DNA of 64,000 nucleotides from Macrostomum hystrix (Eukaryota; Animalia; Platyhelminthes): positions 4,092,001 to 4,156,000 of the forward strand of contig CATNEN010000008.1 in the NCBI GenBank assembly GCA_950097015.1. The letters are read 5' to 3'. A model generated the notes under the pieces. The model was not told where the DNA came from, did no database searches, and saw only the letters and a list, made by a program, of their open reading frames with translations. The translations under genes were made by a program, and so were the position numbers. Each line of letters opens with the position of its first letter. The first letter of the stretch is position 1. Of this stretch, positions 48,385 to 59,670 are shown one piece after another.

Positions 48385-51166
48385 CTACGCCAGCAGAAAG
48401 TACAGGCACAGCGGCAGGGCCAGATTGTCCACCTGGGCCAAGAAGGCCTCAACCAGGGTGACGCTGAGGGCGGGCAGCAGGTAGGAGCAGCAGCCGGAGT
48501 CGCCCAGCTGCAGCCAGTGAATGCAGGCCAGCTGGCCAACGAAGCAGGCGGCGCTGCCCTCCAGAGTCCTGGACATCTGCGGCCAGCGAATGCGGCCAAG
48601 GCTGGACCCGACTAGGCCGGCGAGGCTGTCGCCGATGCCGACCGCCAAGACCCCGGACCAGTCTGGGAGTCTGCGTCCGGGTAGGGAAATGGGATTCGAT
48701 TGGATTAGATCTTAATGATCACAAAAATAATAATTGCAGGAGGGCTGCGGGCAATGGCACATCATTTGGCGACACTAGACCCGGAGCCAGCGAGGAGGCA
48801 ATTCTGCTCATTTTGCTGGCTCCTGAGCACACACGCACACAGATACTGTACGAAGGCACACGCTCACACAGGTGTGTTCATCTGCCCTGACTTTCTCATC
48901 GTCAGACAGTGTACACTCTCACTGTGCCTTGGAGGTTGGCCCTCAATGGCGTAAATTGCAAGCCCTCAAGCCTTCTCTCCGCGGCTGCGCCCCAATTCAA
49001 CGCTATCACTCACCCTCCAGATTAGATCTTGAAAACCATTTCTCTGAAATCTCAAAAACTGACTTCTAATAATCCCTAAACAAATCCCAGAAAATCTATA
49101 AAAATCATTCGTGCCGAACGACTAGAGCAATTATTCCGCAAGAATATCCCTAAAACCGATTCCCAATTATCCCCTAAAACCGATTCCCATTGATCCCCTA
49201 AAACCGATTCCCATTTATCCCGTAAAATCGATTCCCAACTATCCCTAAAGCCGATTCCCAATTATCCCCTAAAACCGATTCCCAATTATCCAAAAAACCG
49301 ATTCCCAATTATCCCCAAGGCCGATTCCCAATTATCCCTAAAGCCGATTCCCAATTACCCCTAAGGCCGATTCCCAATTATCCCTAAAGCCGATTCCCAA
49401 TTACCCCTAAGGCCGATTCCCAATTATCACTAAAACCGATTCCCAATTATTATTAAAATCAATTCCCAATTATCCCTAAGGCCGATTCCCAATTATCCCT
49501 AAAGCCGATTCCCAATTACGCCTAAGGCCGATTCCCAATTATTCCTAAAGCCGATTCCCAATTATCCCTACACCAATTCCGAATTATCCCTAAAACCAAT
49601 TCCAATTACCCTTAAAACATGATCCCACAAACATCTCGAAAATCCCAAATACCCCCGCCTCACCCGGGCCTGTCGCTGGCCGCCAGCCGCAGCCACACGG
49701 GCGCGGCGAGTCCCAGCAGGAGGGCCAGCGGGGTCAGCAGCAGCTGCTGGGAATCCCGCGGCCCAATCAGCGGTGCCAGCAGGCTGCGCAGTCCGCGGCC
49801 AAACCCGGCCACATCGTGCCTGCGCAGGATGTCCATGGCCAGCAGGACGGCCAGGAGGCCAAAGGCGGCAGCCGACAGCAGCCGAGCAGCGCCTCCTAGT
49901 AGAGCCAGGCCGAAAGCGGCCGCAGCCAGGAAGTGGAACAATTTCCGCTGGCCCATCTGACGCAGCGGCAGGCGACTAGACAGGCCGACCAGGAGAAGGG
50001 CGGCGCCGAAAAGGGCCAGCCAAATTGTCATTAATTGCCATTCCATAGCGGCCAGATCAACTATATCCCAAATTTGCTTAGCAACGGTTGCTGGGCGAAA
50101 TAGCTTAGCCGACAAGGCGTAATAGCCGAATGAGTAGGTGTACAAAGTGGCCACAACTAGGCCGCGATAGGTGAACCGCACCGGCTGAGAGCTGGATGCT
50201 AAGAAATGACGACAAACGGCGTCCATAGCAACCAGACCGGAGGAGAGACAGAAGCAGGCCAGAGGATAAGCGGGGAACAGGTGGCGGAGCAGCTGGGCCA
50301 GCAGCACCAGCTCCACTGGACTGAGGCTGCCGGACAGGTGTCTGAAATTTTTCGAGTAAAGTTTCAAGGTCACTTCCGTTGTTACAGAATATTACAAGGT
50401 CACTTCCATTGTTGCAGAACATTTTAAGGTCACTTCCGTTGTTGCAGAACATTTAGAGGTCAATTCAGCAGTTACAGAACATTTCAAGGTCACATGCATT
50501 TTTACAAAACATTTCAAGGTCACCTGAATTATTAATTTTATTACAGAACATTTCAAAGTAGCTTTCGTAGTTTCATATAATTTGAAGGTTATTTCCCTAG
50601 AATCAGAATATTTGAAGGTCATTTCCGTAACATTTTCAAGGTCATAGCTACAGTGCTAGAACATTTCAAGGTCGCTTCATTCCAAGGAAATCCCCAGCAT
50701 CATCAGCCCATAGACTCGCCCACCTGTGCAGGTACAATCCGAAGCCGCTGCAATGAGCCAGCCTGGCAGCCTCCGACCAGGCGACAGCCGAGGAGCCGTC
50801 GGCGCCCAGGATGGCAGCGCCCAGCGCCATCAGCCAGCAGCCGGCGCAGACCAGCCTAGTCCAGCCTCGCTCTCCGAAGGCGGCCAAGGCCAGGAGACCG
50901 GCCGACCACAGGCAGCTGTTGGCCAGCCATAACCGGTCGCAGTACTGGCAGTAGTAGCTAACGGACTTTGCAGCCGATCTATGCTCAATCAGCGGCAGCA
51001 GGCAGGCCAGCCAAGCGCCTGAATAAGCCGGCTTTGTGTGCAAAGTTGGGCCAACTGAGAGTCCCAGGATGAGTATGGCAGCTTCAAGCAGGCGACCCGG
51101 CTGCAGCATCAGGGCTGACAGTAGAAACAGGCAGCCGGCGATGAACTCGCTGTGAATGGCCACCAT
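48385..51166 (-). CDS. DOLK: Dolichol kinase; exons 50724-51166, 49664-50341, 48385-48670; ~468 aa
   Basis: Polytopic membrane protein with RKLFH, LLLTPLALLLGLAAPVWL and the CTP-binding motif GVLAVGIGDSLAGLVGSSLGRIRWP...RTLEGS. GT-AG introns; 1407 nt in frame; start ATG inferred. Confidence 0.9.
48714..49019 (-). mobile_element. tRNA-derived SINE copy E (DOLK intron 2)
   Basis: Family core and (ATT)n tail; 11-bp TSD GATTAGATCTT at 48703-48713 and 49020-49030. Confidence 0.9.
49148..49612. repeat. 23-bp repeat (CCGATTCCCAATTATCCCTAAAG) in DOLK intron 2
   Basis: About 20 units. Confidence 0.95.
50352..50672. repeat. Degenerate 30-bp repeat in DOLK intron 1
   Basis: GAACATTTCAAGGTCACTTCC recurs every ~30 nt. 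Confidence 0.8.
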
Positions 51167-51271
51167 GATTTCCCTTCTATTCTGAATAGCTCTGATTGTA
51201 TCTGAAATGTTTTTATTATTAAAATATCGTACATATTCGTAGTTGACTACTTCGTCATTTAAATCAGTAGT

Positions 51272-51572
51272 GGGCAACGGCACATCATTTGGTGAAACTG
51301 GACCCGCAGCCAGCGAGGAGGCAATTCTGTCCATTCCGCTGACTCCTGAGCACACACGCACACAGATACTGTACACATGTGTGTACATCAGCCACGACTT
51401 TCTCATCGTCAGGCACTGTACACTCTCACTGTGCTGGCCCTCAATGGCGTAAATTGCACGACAAGCCCCAAAGCCTTCTCTCCGCGGCTGCGCCCCAAAT
51501 TTATGTGGCCTCGTCTCGGAATCGAGTTGGGGACCTTGGTGCAAACGCATTAACGCTCTGCCACTCCACCCG
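51272..51572 (-). mobile_element. tRNA-derived SINE copy F, ~105 bp upstream of the DOLK ATG
   Basis: A box TGGCAGAGCG, B box AACTCGATTCC, family core; 3' tail truncated. Confidence 0.85.
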
Positions 51573-51825
51573 TGTCACGAGCTTAAATTATATGAAAAAT
51601 GAGAACAAAAATATGAAATGAAACCAGTTTTGAAGTCACCATAAATACAACATGTCATTTATATTTATTCTTGAATTGCTTTGCAATATCTAGCTTTTTC
51701 TGGTTGTGTGGATTCAAGCGAAATACATTTTCTTAGATAAAAAGTTTGCCATTAACTATTTTAAAAGATATAAATTTTATTTTAAAGTCTTTAACCTGAT
51801 TAGAAAGGCTGGGTTTGGCTGGCAA

Positions 51826-52498
51826 GGAGCTTGAGTACATTGGGGTATTTCGTGCCAGGGTAAGGCTGGGAGGGAGCCTGTGTACCTTGGGGTATTTCGT
51901 GCCAGGGTAAGACTGAGAGGGAGCCTGTGTATATTGGGGTGTTTCGTGTCAGGGTAAGCCTGGAAGGGAGCCTGTGTACATTGGGGTGCTTCGTGCCAGC
52001 GTAAGCCTGGAAGGGAGCCTGTGTACATTGGGGTGCTTCGTGCCAGGGTAAGGCTGGGAGGGAGCTTGTGTACATTGGGGTGCTTCGTGCCAGGGTAAGG
52101 CTGGGAGGGAGCCTGTTTACATTGGGGTGCTTCGTGCCAGGGTAAGGCTGGGAGGGAGCTTGTGTACATTGGGGTGCTTCGTGCCAGGGTAAGGCTGGGA
52201 GGGAGCCTGTGTACATTGGGGTGCTTCGTGCCAGGGTAAGACTGAGAGGGAGCCTGTTTACATTGGGGTGCTTCGTGCCAGGGTAAGACTGAGAGGGAGC
52301 CTGTGTACATTGGGGTGCTTCGTGCCAGGGTAAGGCTGGGAGGGAGCCTGTGTACATTGGGGTGCTTCGTGCCAGGGTAAGGCTGGGAGGGAGCCTGTGT
52401 ACATTGGGGTGCTTCGTGCCAGGGTAAGGCTGGGAGGGAGCCTGTGTACATTGGGGTGCTTCGTGCCAGGGTAAGGCCGGGAGGGAGCCTGTGTACAT
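51826..52498. repeat. 47-bp minisatellite (GAGCCTGTGTACATTGGGGTGCTTCGTGCCAGGGTAAGGCTGGGAGG)
   Basis: About 14 units. Confidence 0.97.
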
Positions 52499-53319
52499 AC
52501 ATTTTAAAATATATGGATCAAAATTTCACGCCACAAGAGACGTTGGCAGATCACTAAGCATACAGATCAAACAATTACAGACTATACAAACACTGAGACA
52601 AAAAATGAATTAATAAAGTGTAAATTCTATCAAGTAAAATAGACGTACGGGTTTCATGGTAGACTAAATTTAAAGAAGCTTGTTGCTGTCTTGAGCAGTG
52701 CCATTGTTGATTATAGTCTGATACAATATAAATAGAGCATTCAAAAAAGCAATAGTAACATATGCGCGCATTTATACTACTTTCGATAAGTCATATATAA
52801 TGATAAAACAAGCATTTTTTAAAGCAATTTATTCCAACCAAAATATGGCCAGCAAATATACGAATAATAAAACAAATATAATATAAACCCACTCCGAAAA
52901 ATAAGCCCGTCAAATCATGTGACACTGCAAACAAGACAAAACAAATGAAATTAGAAGAAAAATAGAAACAAGATTGCTGCACCTTTTTTCTGCTAGGCTA
53001 CAAAGATCAAGCTTATAATGAAAATTAAATAATCATGCTCTCCGAATTTAGTTTGGCATTGCAATCCTAACGTACAGCTCGCATAGTAGGAATTCAATGA
53101 GGCTATTCGCAGTCGCTAGTGAAAGGCAATGAGTGCTTTGTGCGCGTGGGGTGCAAAGCAATTCGATTTGATTCTTGGCGAAGTAGAGTGGGGGGATATA
53201 ATCAGCATCTTCTCGGAAATATACTTAGAATATTATATTATCATTGTATGACCAAAAAAATATTTAGTCTGACTTTGCCAATTATATTATAATATACAAT
53301 TGCTCTTTAGAAAACAGCC

Positions 53320-53560
53320 GGCCATAGAGGGAGTGTACATTCGGGGTAGGAAATAGGCGGCTATCAGGGAGTGTACATACGGGTAAGGAGATAGGCAGCC
53401 ATAGAGGAAGTGTACATAGGGTTTAGGAAATAGGCGGCCATAAGGGAGTGTACATACGGGTTAGGAAATAGGCAGCCATAGAGTGGGCGTACATTGGGGT
53501 TTGGAAAAGAGCGGCCATAGAGTGGGTGCAATTCTTAGGGTTAGGAAACATAAAGTCTAG
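53320..53560. repeat. Degenerate ~40-bp repeat (GGCCATAGAGGGAGTGTACAT...GGAAATAGGC)
   Basis: About 6 units. Confidence 0.75.
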
Positions 53561-53681
53561 AAGTGTACACCGTGGACGTGTAAGGGACATAGGTGTCCAT
53601 TTAAGAGGCTAGGAGAATGTTAATTACGATTTTCCATCCTTCCTTCTACAAGTTGAATAACACATGCCAAAATATGATGAG

Positions 53682-54173
53682 TTACACAACATCGTCACCC
53701 GTTTGTTCAACGGCAAGAAACGAATACCGTTTGACAATGAAAGCACCTGGCGCTGTGTAATAACGATAATAGCCGTACTGATCAATATTGGGCAGTCCGT
53801 AGGGCAGAGGATTGCACCTAAGATAGGCGAATAGCTTAGCCACCGGAGCCACTTTATCAGCTGCTAGGACCACGCTCTGGCTAACTGGAATGGACTCGGC
53901 CAGGTAAGCGGCATCTTTGAGCAGAGCCAGCATCGGCTGGGCATCGTAGAACTCGGCCAGATTGCTGGAGTCAACTAGGCGAGTCTCCAGGGCGTCCCAG
54001 TAGCGACTGAAATTGCCGGCCCGATAGGCTTCGGCCAGTCCGGGGTCCAGGCTGAGCGACAGCTCCATCCGACCGCCGGCTGTCCAGACTGTGGAGCAGG
54101 CAAAATTGCCGGCGCCGACTGAGGCACCAAATGGAGCGGCAGGGTCTCGGTAAACTGTGTAGCTCTGCGTCAC
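53682..54173 (-). CDS. Terminal coding exon (163 aa, VTQSYTVYRDP...EQTGDDVV*), probably the last exon of the EDEM3-like gene
   Basis: ctcacag|GTG phase-0 acceptor, GC-rich coding composition, in frame with the phase-0 donor CTG|gtgagt at 59671; no family recognised. Confidence 0.55.
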   Translation of the reverse strand: MTQSYTVYRDPAAPFGASVGAGNFACSTVWTAGGRMELSLSLDPGLAEAYRAGNFSRYWDALETRLVDSSNLAEFYDAQPMLALLKDAAYLAESIPVSQSVVLAADKVAPVAKLFAYLRCNPLPYGLPNIDQYGYYRYYTAPGAFIVKRYSFLAVEQTGDDVV

Positions 54174-54204
54174 CTGTGAGTTCAACGTTGGGACAGCGAC
54201 TGAA

Positions 54205-55080
54205 TGCATTCACTGAATTCAGTCACTCTGAATGCATCAGTTCAGTCACTCTGAATGCATCAGTTCAGTCACTCTGAATGCATCAGTTCAGTCACTCTGA
54301 ATGCCTAAGTTCAGTCACTCTGAATGCCTAAGTTCAGTCACTCTGAATGCATCAGTTCAGTCACTCTGAATGCCTAAGTTCAGTCACTCTGAATGCATCA
54401 GTTCAGTCACTCTGAATGCCTAAGTTCAGTCACTCTGAATGCCTAAGTTCAGTCACTCTGAATGCATCAGTTCAGTCACTCTGAATGCCTAAGTTCAGTC
54501 ACTCTGAATGCACCAGTTCAGTCACTCTGAATGCCTAAGTTCAGTCACTCTGAATGCCTAAGTTCAGTCACTCTGAATGCCTAAGTTCAGTCACTCTGAA
54601 TGCATCAGTTCAGTCACTCTGAATGCATCAGTTCAGTCACTCTGAATGCATCAGTTCAGTCACTCTGAATGCATCAGTTCAGTCACTCTGAATGCATCAG
54701 TTCAGTCACTCTGAATGCATCAGTTCAGTCACTCTGAATGCCTAAGTTCAGTCACTCTGAATGCATCAGTTCAGTCACTCTGAATGCATCAGTTCAGTCA
54801 CTCTGAATGCATCAGTTCAGTCACTCTGAATGCCTAAGTTCAGTCACTCTGAATGCATCAGTTCAGTCACTCTGAATGCCTAAGTTCAGTCACTCTGAAT
54901 GCCTAAGTTCAGTCACTCTGAATGCATCAGTTCAGTCACTCTGAATGCATCAGTTCAGTCACTCTGAATGCATCAGTTCAGTCACTCTGAATGCATCAGT
55001 TCAGTCACTCTGAATGCACCAGTTCAGTCACTCTGAATCCATCAGTTCAGTCACTCTGAATGCACCAGTTCAGTCACTCA
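54205..55080. repeat. 23-bp satellite (CAGTTCAGTCACTCTGAATGCAT)
   Basis: About 37 units; internal TTCAG/CTGAA mini-hairpin. Confidence 0.97.
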
Positions 55081-55510
55081 AAATACCCAGTAGATTAGTT
55101 ATTTTTAAGCTCAGTTTTTAATTAACTAGACAAAAATTAGTCAAAAAGGAAAGATGGTGGTATAGAAAAGAACACATTTTAACATTTAAATCGTCTAATA
55201 AAGATCCTATGACACGTAGATTAGATTCCTAGACCCGAGGCAGTATTAGATAAAGCATACATTATCAGATGCCGTGATGAAAAACAACAACGACCTGTGA
55301 TACCCACAGGTTCAAGTAAAAAGAGCAAAATATTGCCAAGTACATCTAGCACAAAAGTATTGAAATCAAAGGACTACTTTATCTGCCAAAATAAACACCC
55401 ACTGTTATTGCCCTGAGTGATACCTGAAAACAATAAATATAGCGATATATATATATTATATTATATATTATATTATATATATTGTAAAATTTATATTACA
55501 AATATATAAA

Positions 55511-58500
55511 TTTGTTACTCAAAATGGGATATTTCAGTTTGTTACTCAAAATGGGATATTTCAGTTTGTTACTCAAAATGGGATATATCAGTTTGTTACT
55601 CAAAATGGGATGTTTCAGTTTGTTACTCAAAATGGGATATTTCAGTTTGTTACTCAAAATGGGATATTTCAGTTTGTTACTCAAAATGGGATGTATCAGT
55701 TTGTTACTCAAAATGGTATATATCAGTTTGTTACTCAAAATGGGATATTTCAGTTTGTTACTCAAAATGGGATATTTCAGTTTGTTACTCAAAATGGGAT
55801 ATATCAGTTTGTTACTCAAAATGGGATATTTCAGTTTGTTACTCAAAATGGGATATTTCAGTTTGTTACTCAAAATGGGATGTATCAGTTTGTTACTCAA
55901 AATGGAATATATCAGTTTGTTACTCAAAATGGGATATTTCAGTTTGTTACTCAAAATGGGATATATCAGTTTGTTACTCAAAATGGGATATTTCAGTTTG
56001 TTACTCAAAATGGGATATTTCAGTTTGTTACTCAAAATGGGATATTTCAGTTTGTTACTCAAAATGGGATATTTCAGTTTGTTACTCAAAATGGGATATT
56101 TCAGTTTGTTACTCAAAATGGGATATATCAGTTTGTTACTCAAAATGGGATATATCAGTTTGTTACTCAAAATGGGATATTTCAGTTTGTTACTCAAAAT
56201 GGGATATATCAGTTTGTTACTCAAAATGGGATGTATCAGTTTGTTACTCAAAATGGTATATATCAGTTTGTTACTCAAAATGGGATATTTCAGTTTGTTA
56301 CTCAAAATGGGATATTTCAGTTTGTTACTCAAAATGGAATATATCAGTTTGTTACTCAAAATGGGATATTTCAGTTTGTTACTCAAAATGGGATATATCA
56401 GTTTGTTACTCAAAATGGGATATTTCAGTTTGTTACTCAAAATGGGATATTTCAGTTTGTTACTCAAAATGGGATATTTCAGTTTGTTACTCAAAATGGT
56501 ATATATCAGTTTGTTACTCAAAATGGTATATATCAGTTTGTTACTCAAAATGGGATATTTCAGTTTGTTACTCAAAATGGGATATTTCAGTTTGTTACTC
56601 AAAATGGTATATATCAGTTTGTTACTCAAAATGGGATATTTCAGTTTGTTACTCAAAATGGGATATATCAGTTTGTTACTCAAAATGGGATGTATCAGTT
56701 TGTTACTCAAAATGGTATATATCAGTTTGTTACTCAAAATGGTATATTTCAGTTTGTTACTCAAAATGGGATATTTCAGTTTGTTACTCAAAATGGTATA
56801 TATCAGTTTGTTACTCAAAATGGGATGTATCAGTTTGTTACTCAAAATGGTATATATCAGTTTGTTACTCAAAATGGGATATTTCAGTTTGTTACTCAAA
56901 ATGGGATATATCAGTTTGTTACTCAAAATGGGATGTATCAGTTTGTTACTCAAAATGGGATATTTCAGTTTGTTACTCAAAATGGTATATATCAGTTTGT
57001 TACTCAAAATGGTATATATCAGTTTGTTACTCAAAATGGGATATTTCAGTTTGTTACTCAAAATGGTATATATCAGTTTGTTACTCAAAATGGGATATTT
57101 CAGTTTGTTACTCAAAATGGGATGTATCAGTTTGTTACTCAAAATGGTATATTTCAGTTTGTTACTCAAAATGGTATATTTCAGTTTGTTACTCAAAATG
57201 GGATGTATCAGTTTGTTACTCAAAATGGTATATATCAGTTTGTCACTCAAAATGGGATATATCAGTTTGTTACTCAAAATGGGATTTTTCAGTTTGTTAC
57301 TCAAAATGGGATATTTCAGTTTGTTACTCAAAATGGGATGTATCAGTTTGTTACTCAAAATGGTATATATCAGTTTGTTACTCAAAATGGGATGTATCAG
57401 TTTGTTACTCAAAATGGTATATTTCAGTTTGTTACTCAAAATGGGATGTATCAGTTTGTTACTCAAAATGGGATATTTCAGTTTGTTACTCAAAATGGGA
57501 TATTTCAGTTTGTTACTCAAAATGGGATGTATCAGTTTGTTACTCAAAATGGTATATATCAGTTTGTTACTCAAAATGGTATTTTTCAGTTTGTTACTCA
57601 AAATGGGATATTTCAGTTTGTTACTCAAAATGGTATATTTCAGTTTGTTACTCAAAATGGGATATATCAGTTTGTTACTCAAAATGGGATGTATCAGTTT
57701 GTTACTCAAAATGGGATATTTCAGTTTGTTACTCAAAATGGTATATATCAGTTTGTTACTCAAAATGGGATATTTCAGTTTGTTACTCAAAATGGGATGT
57801 ATCAGTTTGTTACTCAAAATGGGATATTTCAGTTTGTTACTCAAAATGGGATGTATCAGTTTGTTACTCAAAATGGGATATATCAGTTTGTTACTCAAAA
57901 TGGTATATTTCAGTTTGTTACTCAAAATGGGATATATCAGTTTGTTACTCAAAATGGTATATTTCAGTTTGTTACTCAAAATGGGATGTATCAGTTTGTT
58001 ACTCAAAATGGTATATATCAGTTTGTCACTCAAAATGGGATATATCAGTTTGTTACTCAAAATGGGATTTTTCAGTTTGTTACTCAAAATGGGATATTTC
58101 AGTTTGTTACTCAAAATGGGATGTATCAGTTTGTTACTCAAAATGGTATATATCAGTTTGTTACTCAAAATGGGATGTATCAGTTTGTTACTCAAAATGG
58201 TATATATCAGTTTGTCACTCAAAATGGGATGTATCAGTTTGTTACTCAAAATGGGATTTTTCAGTTTGTTACTCAAAATGGGATATTTCAGTTTGTTACT
58301 CAAAATGGGATGTATCAGTTTGTTACTCAAAATGGTATATATCAGTTTGTTACTCAAAATGGGATGTATCAGTTTGTTACTCAAAATGGTATATATCAGT
58401 TTGTCACTCAAAATGGGATATATCAGTTTGTTACTCAAAATGGGATGTATCAGTTTGTTACTCAAAATGGTATATATCAGTTTGTTACTCAAAATGGGAT

Positions 58501-59450
58501 ATATCAGTTTGTTACTCAAAATGGGATATATCAGTTTGTTACTCAAAATGGAATATATCAGTTTGTTACTCAAAATGGGATATTTCAGTTTGTTACTCAA
58601 AATGGGATATTTCAGTTTGTTACTCAAAATGGGATATATCAGTTTGTTACTCAAAATGGGATATATCAGTTTGTTACTCAAAATGGGATATATCAGTTTG
58701 TCACTCAAAATGGGATATATCAGTTTGTTACTCAAAATGGGATATTTCAGTTTGTTACTCAAAATGGGATATTTCAGTTTGTTACTCAAAATGGGATATA
58801 TCAGTTTGTTACTCAAAATGGGATATATCAGTTTGTTACTCAAAATGGGATATTTCAGTTTGTTACTCAAAATGGGATATTTCAGTTTGTTACTCAAAAT
58901 GGGATATTTCAGTTTGTTACTCAAAATGGGATATATCAGTTTGTTACTCAAAATGGGATATATCAGTTTGTTACTCAAAATGGGATATATCAGTTTGTCA
59001 CTCAAAATGGGATATTTCAGTTTGTTACCCAAAATGGGATATTTCAGTTTGTTACTCAAAATGGGATATTTCAGTTTGTCACTCAAAATGGGATATTTCA
59101 GTTTGTTACTCAAAATGGGATATTTCAGTTTGTTACTCAAAATGGGATATTTCAGTTTGTTACTCAAAATGGGATATATCAGTTTGTTACTCAAAATGGG
59201 ATATATCAGTTTGTTACTCAAAATGGGATATATCAGTTTGTCACTCAAAATGGGATATTTCAGTTTGTCACTCAAAATGGGATATATCAGTTTGTTACTC
59301 AAAATGGGATATTTCAGTTTGTTACTCAAAATGGGATATTTCAGTTTGTTACTCAAAATGGGATATTTCAGTTTGTTACTCAAAATGGGATATTTCAGTT
59401 TGTTACTCAAAATGGGATTTTTCAGTTTGTCACTCGAAATGGGATATATC
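55511..59450. repeat. 27-bp AT-rich satellite (TTTGTTACTCAAAATGGGATATTTCAG)
   Basis: 3.9 kb, about 145 units; decays into degenerate units up to ~59585. Confidence 0.98.
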
Positions 59451-59670
59451 AGTAAATATTCAAAATGGGATTTGTCAGTTTATAAAAAATGGGATATATC
59501 GGTTAATACTAAAAATGGGTTAATACTAATACTAAAATAAAATATAAAATTATTTTAGTTCTCTATGTTAAATATGGGATATTTTAGACGTGATTTCCAA
59601 TGCTCTCATGGGCATACCTGTCAGTTATCCTTTGTTCATAGTGAAAGCATCTTAAAGCTAGGCTACTCAC

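Noticed and set aside
51167-51550. N-terminal extension of DOLK in ORF 50666-51550
   Set aside because: It runs through SINE copy F and AT-rich sequence, with no kinase-like content.
24540-52502. Repeat-derived ORFs (PIPTDPY, HSEFCHS, EHTQAYL, 45.4-47.0 kb set, 51.8-52.5 kb) and antisense ORFs over GC-rich exons
   Set aside because: Explained by tandem units or by shadowing of real exons on the other strand.
55496-59540. Three ORFs of 1281-1342 aa
   Set aside because: They are translations of a 27-bp satellite (9-aa period) that lacks stops in three frames; they have no unique domain and lie within an inferred intron.
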